DNA of 63,481 bases, the filler included, from Phoronis australis (Eukaryota; Animalia; Phoronida): the NCBI GenBank assembly GCA_002633005.1. It is 11 parts of 11 records of this genome, joined end to end, with 100 filler letters (N's around TTAATTAATTAA, not from the genome) between each part and the next. Parts side by side here need not be neighbours in the genome. Positions count along the whole stretch, not along the records: positions 53,089 to 62,217 come from NMRA01001680.1; positions 62,318 to 63,481 come from NMRA01002483.1; 9 more parts are not named here. One strand, given 5' to 3'. The position numbers were made by a program, and so were the translations under genes. Below are positions 58,973-63,481 of the stretch, one piece after another. The notes beneath the pieces were generated by a model. It was not told the DNA's origin and made no database searches. It saw nothing but the letters and a program-made list of their open reading frames with translations. Position 1 is the first letter of the stretch. Each line of letters begins with the position of its first letter.

Positions 58973-60698
58973 GTAAGTTTATATTATATGTTCATAGTTT
59001 ATTTGTACAGAGCTTATATCCTTGCTAACTTAATGCCTGTGCCAGGTGTGTCAAATGTTGGCTAAGAGTAAGACGTAATAGACTTTGTCGTTGTCAAAAG
59101 TGATTCATCTGTCCGACTTATTTTTGGTACAATTAAAACATGTACTTGTTAGGTGTGATTTCAGACTGTCCGCCCTATGGCAAATTCTAGTATTTGTGTA
59201 TCCGTTTTGATTAGTAATTCGAATTTAATGGATAGCATAGACATTTATAACCAAATTTCCTTTCTGGCTGGCCCAATTTCAAATGTAGGTCATCCATTGA
59301 AATGCTTGTAAAGTGCGACCTAAACTTGACCCGGCGTCCTGGGGACATTTAACCTTCAAATTCAGATTTGTTTCATGTTGCTATGTATAGAACTTATTTT
59401 TTACAATCTGACTAAGATTCAGGTGATTACAAAATTTGAAACTGCCTGTGAGCATGTGTTCACATGTTTATTCACTTCCAGATTCAGGAATAAGAACCAT
59501 CAAATTTTACTATATCCCAATACTGACGAGCTGTCGTTTAATAACTTATTATAATTTGTTCATTTATTCAGTTAGTTGTTTATTAATTAATTTAAACATA
59601 CACATATAGGAATTCAACATGGCAACATGAGACATCTGTCTTTCGTAAATTTTCTAATCTTATCATAAGATTTTTATGCCAATTTATGAAGTACAATAAA
59701 TTAATGCAATGTACCCCTCTAGGTTAACGTCCATGGCATTATGCCAATATCAAAATTTACACTTTCAAACACCCATGCTGGCTTAGTGTTCACCCCCAAT
59801 GTAATTGACAGCCTTACAAGTGCAAGTGGCTCTAACACTTACAATTTAACTCCCACTAAAACATATTCACATTACGTAATAGCTCACTATTATTTTTTGG
59901 TGTAAATGATCAGTCTGGGGGAGGCATTTGGCTGAGCATGTTCAGGTAAACACTTCTATTCCCGATTTTTCAAAAATTATGCTTTTATAAACATTAATGC
60001 TCAGCGTAATGCAATATTTTATTTCCCATCTAGTATATTAGCATGTCGCTCTTTTTATACGAACTTGGTTCCAAACATGATTGAACCGTCAGTTCTTCCA
60101 ATTTGCCCGAAAGTCATTAAAATTTCTAAGTAAGGAACAATTTTAGACCAATTTTATTACAGAAAATGGTCTTAATGAAAATTTTTTTAATGGAAAGGCA
60201 GGTTTATTAACACTTTGATAATAATTTAGTATACATTTTTTTGTGTTGTGTAGACCTCTTCAGATCTCATGGCTTCTCTCCAATTACATATTAAATGTTA
60301 TCACTTTGATGGATGGATATTATTAAATGTAACTGATGTTAGTAATAGTTGCAAAAAATAACAACGCAGTTGATCTGTGCTTGACGTTTCTGACATGAAA
60401 ATTCAAACGCATAGGTGGATCAAGGGGTCCGCACCCCCCTTTTTCCCTTGGTTTAGTGATATCAAATCTAGAATCTTCAAATTGTTGACTTGGATGCCCT
60501 CTTTTGAAAAATCCTTGATCCAACCCCCCCCCCTCCTTTAATAAATCCGTTTAACGAGGAGAGCAGCAATCACGCTGAACCCTGGATTGGTTTGGGCTCA
60601 ATGTGTGCACACGAGAATACGCACATGAGCAGGAGATACCTGTTGATTTAGAAGTAGATTGCAAAACCATGAGCCTCAAAGTTTTAATTTTGTTACAG

Positions 60699-60855
60699 GG
60701 TGCGTAGAGTGTCTGGGACGAGTACCATTTGCATCGCTGATCGCGATGGTGTTGACTTGTGTTGGTGTTGGAGTATTCTGTGGTTCTTTGTACGAGGCCC
60801 TGAGGATTGTTCTCATCAACATATTCGAAGAGTTGTTTTGGTTTAGGATAGACTG
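60699..60855 (+). CDS. M6: Neuronal membrane glycoprotein M6 / PLP-DM20 family, exon 2 (CVECLGRVPFASLIAMVLTCVGVGVFCG...IDW)
   Basis: AG/GT bounded, 157 nt. Family motif CLgxVPyASLiA...GVxxFCG. Confidence 0.92.
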
Positions 60856-61852
60856 GTATGTGATAAACTGAGATCCTGGTCTTGGATACATTGTCCATTT
60901 GGACCCGTCAGTTTGCATGCCTGCAGTTTTCAGATTTTGGACACCATGAATTCAAACCGTATGGTAGTTCTTTACTTTTTAACATAAAATACACCCAACA
61001 ATTGAACTTTTATTTTTTTAAATTTCTCCACAAGTGATTAGGAACATTTTTGTCTATTACAATCATGATATATATGTAGTGTGTAGATATCATTTTTGTC
61101 TATTACAATCATGATATATATGTAGTGTGTAAATATCATAAAATGACCTTTGCTAAAATTACCATTGTTTGCAAAAATGTATATCAGTCTTTGAAAAATG
61201 GAAAAATTACCACTATGGCAATTATGTGCAAATTAATGGAGAATTACGGTAGGTAAATATGTGACAACACGTTATTAATAATTTTTGAGATTCATTTACT
61301 TTTAATTATAGCGTGTTTGTAATACAAGTTCAATTAATTTTTTTTTCTGTTCTTATAAGTGCCCCAGTTAGACATCCGTTGATAAAATAAGAAGTAACAA
61401 TTATTAACTGATTCATAGTTGCATTTAGCAGCAGAGCCTAGTAAAATATTAGCATAATCAAGTCCATAGGTGGACACAGGTTGAAAAAATCGTCGACGTC
61501 ATAAACAGTGGTAAAAGACAAGAAAATTTTCTTGAACAATTAAGTTTTGACTTACATAAATTGCCATGCCTTGTGAAATGCGAAGATTTTGCAATCTCTG
61601 TGTGAGGAAGACTTGGTTTATATTTTTTATTTCTTGATTGGAAATTAAGTAGGATTTTAAAATCTTAGTTGCTACCATATCCAGGCATTAGTATCTGTAA
61701 TTTGAATCGTCGGGAGAAAATGTTCACAATCATGGTAAAAAACCACACCAATTTCAGACAGATAGTAAATAATTGCCCGAATTGTCCTATTGATCCAACG
61801 TTTTGCTTTATTCGCTAAACCATATTCTCAAGGCAAAATTTTCTCTTGTCAG

Positions 61853-62012
61853 GTTAACAGCTATCCAGATCACATTCATCGTGGTTGCAGTAGTCATGGG
61901 TTTGTTCTCAATCATTCTTCTTGTGTTTGGTTTTCTGGCAACGGGCGCCACTCGTGACAATGTCTACGCACGAACCAAGTGCATGATGGGAGGGAAGTGT
62001 TCTGCCATTGTG
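61853..62012 (+). CDS. M6: M6 / PLP-DM20 family, exon 3 (LTAIQITFIVVAVVMGLFSIILLVFGFLATGATRDNVY...GGKCSAIV)
   Basis: AG/GT bounded, 160 nt, phase matches exon 2. GFLATGATR motif of invertebrate M6. Confidence 0.92.
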
Positions 62013-63481
62013 GTGAGAAGTGACTTAGTCTACGCTATTATTCTCTTATTGCATCGATAATGAACAGATGTGTAACTTGCTATAAAGTCAACTGCACACA
62101 GCCTTCGACAGTATGAAAATCACATTTGCGACCAGGCCAAAATCTCAGGTGGCAATTTCAAAATTTAGCTGGCACACACCGATACCAGGCTGGTCAACCT
62201 CGACAACCAAAAGAAACNNNNNNNNNNNNNNNNNNNNNNNNNNNNNNNNNNNNNNNNNNNNTTAATTAATTAANNNNNNNNNNNNNNNNNNNNNNNNNNN
62301 NNNNNNNNNNNNNNNNNCGTCTGCGTTTCCAAGCCGCCATTTTACCCGACAAACCACACGTAGTGGAGTAAAACTTACTTTAGTCTATAGCTCAAGAAAT
62401 TGTCCGCTAAGAACGGTGAAACGGTGTTGATATGGCGTGTGTAGCACCGACAGCTTTTACGCTGCTCCAGAATAATATCCCGTCACTTTTTTGGCATGTC
62501 CTAAGCCGAAAAATGAGGTGGAAAAGCGTAAACCGTTTCAAACTGTACGGCCACACGAGCAGCTGAACTTAGCGATGTTGCTTGATAACTCGAAGGCTAT
62601 AATAAACACTATTTTAGTTCCAAGATACGCACTTTTCAGCTTGGCGGCTATGGTGCAGGGCTATCTCAGATTTTGACTCCCGAGTTTATTACGTCTGGCC
62701 GCCTTTGTCTCGGCACCTGCTGGATCTCAGCACTCTAGCGGTAGTCCCCGGAAATTGTTTTCAGGGACATTTTTATTTTATGTTTTTTTATTTATTTCAA
62801 CCTAATGGACATTATTTTGTTTCGTATAAGAAGTACATTTTTGTTATTCATAAACCCGTAGGCTGGCCGGCGTTCAACTGAACTTCTCTCCCGGTAAAAA
62901 TTCGATCGGGACAGGGAGGGGCACTGGATTACTGCTGGAACTCAAAGCCTTGGTCGAGCTTTTGTCACTAAATACAAACTGTTGAATTACTTTTTGACGT
63001 GTACCTCTAGTATACACTATGTCTGTAGAGTTAGAGGGAGCTCATTTTGAAGTTGTTCAAACACGATATTTAGATTTATGAAGCTTTAAAAAAGAATTTG
63101 AGTTATTTTGGTAAATACCATATTTTTGCAACTACCACACCAGACGTACTTGTGATTTTTTCGAACCATATCACGACTTAGTGATCTTGCTACCTTCAAA
63201 ATTAAATGAAAGCTACCTTTATGGAATGAAACTACAAAACAATGCCAAGTTCATCAGAAGGTAGGCCTAACTTAAATGTCTTAATGGTGCAAATGGACAA
63301 TTCCATAGACGGATTATACGGGGGAGGACAGCCCCCCCCCCTTGGCTGCCGCAAACAAAATGAAACAGCAAGAGCGTGAAGCGTGAGGAAATATTGAATT
63401 CAATAACTAGGATCGGTAGCTGAAGAGGAGGGCTCAGACCCCGGCCAGATAGCGGCGGAATCGTGTTCCTGTTTTTTTTTT

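Overview
This is animal DNA (AT-rich, intron-rich, most likely a marine invertebrate), not prokaryotic DNA. It is not one contiguous locus. About 11 unrelated contigs or scaffolds are joined by an artificial 100-bp spacer (44 N + TTAATTAATTAA + 44 N, with stops in all six frames), so gene neighbourhood across spacers means nothing. Spliced host genes recognised by translating GT-AG bounded exons are RUNDC1 (3-4 exons, minus), SF3A2 (5 exons, minus), a SCYL2-like pseudokinase exon, CC2D1/Lgd (DM14 exon) and an M6/proteolipid-family gene (3 exons). There is also an intronless class A GPCR, a TPK/SPK-repeat protein and one unidentified spliced gene. The rest is mostly mobile-element debris: nested non-autonomous TIR transposons, LOA/R1-like and I-group LINE 3' ends, a hAT remnant, foldback DNA, satellites and minisatellites. 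The most interesting observations are (1) a Penelope-like fragment with a GIY-YIG C-terminus and minimal hammerhead-ribozyme motifs in inverted repeats, (2) a dispersed repeat carrying an intron-containing gene resembling DUF3987/YfjI-type proteins, a candidate unclassified mobile element, and (3) a hairpin-ended element family carrying a tRNA-like Pol III head. All protein identifications are from recall of family motifs; no database search was run.
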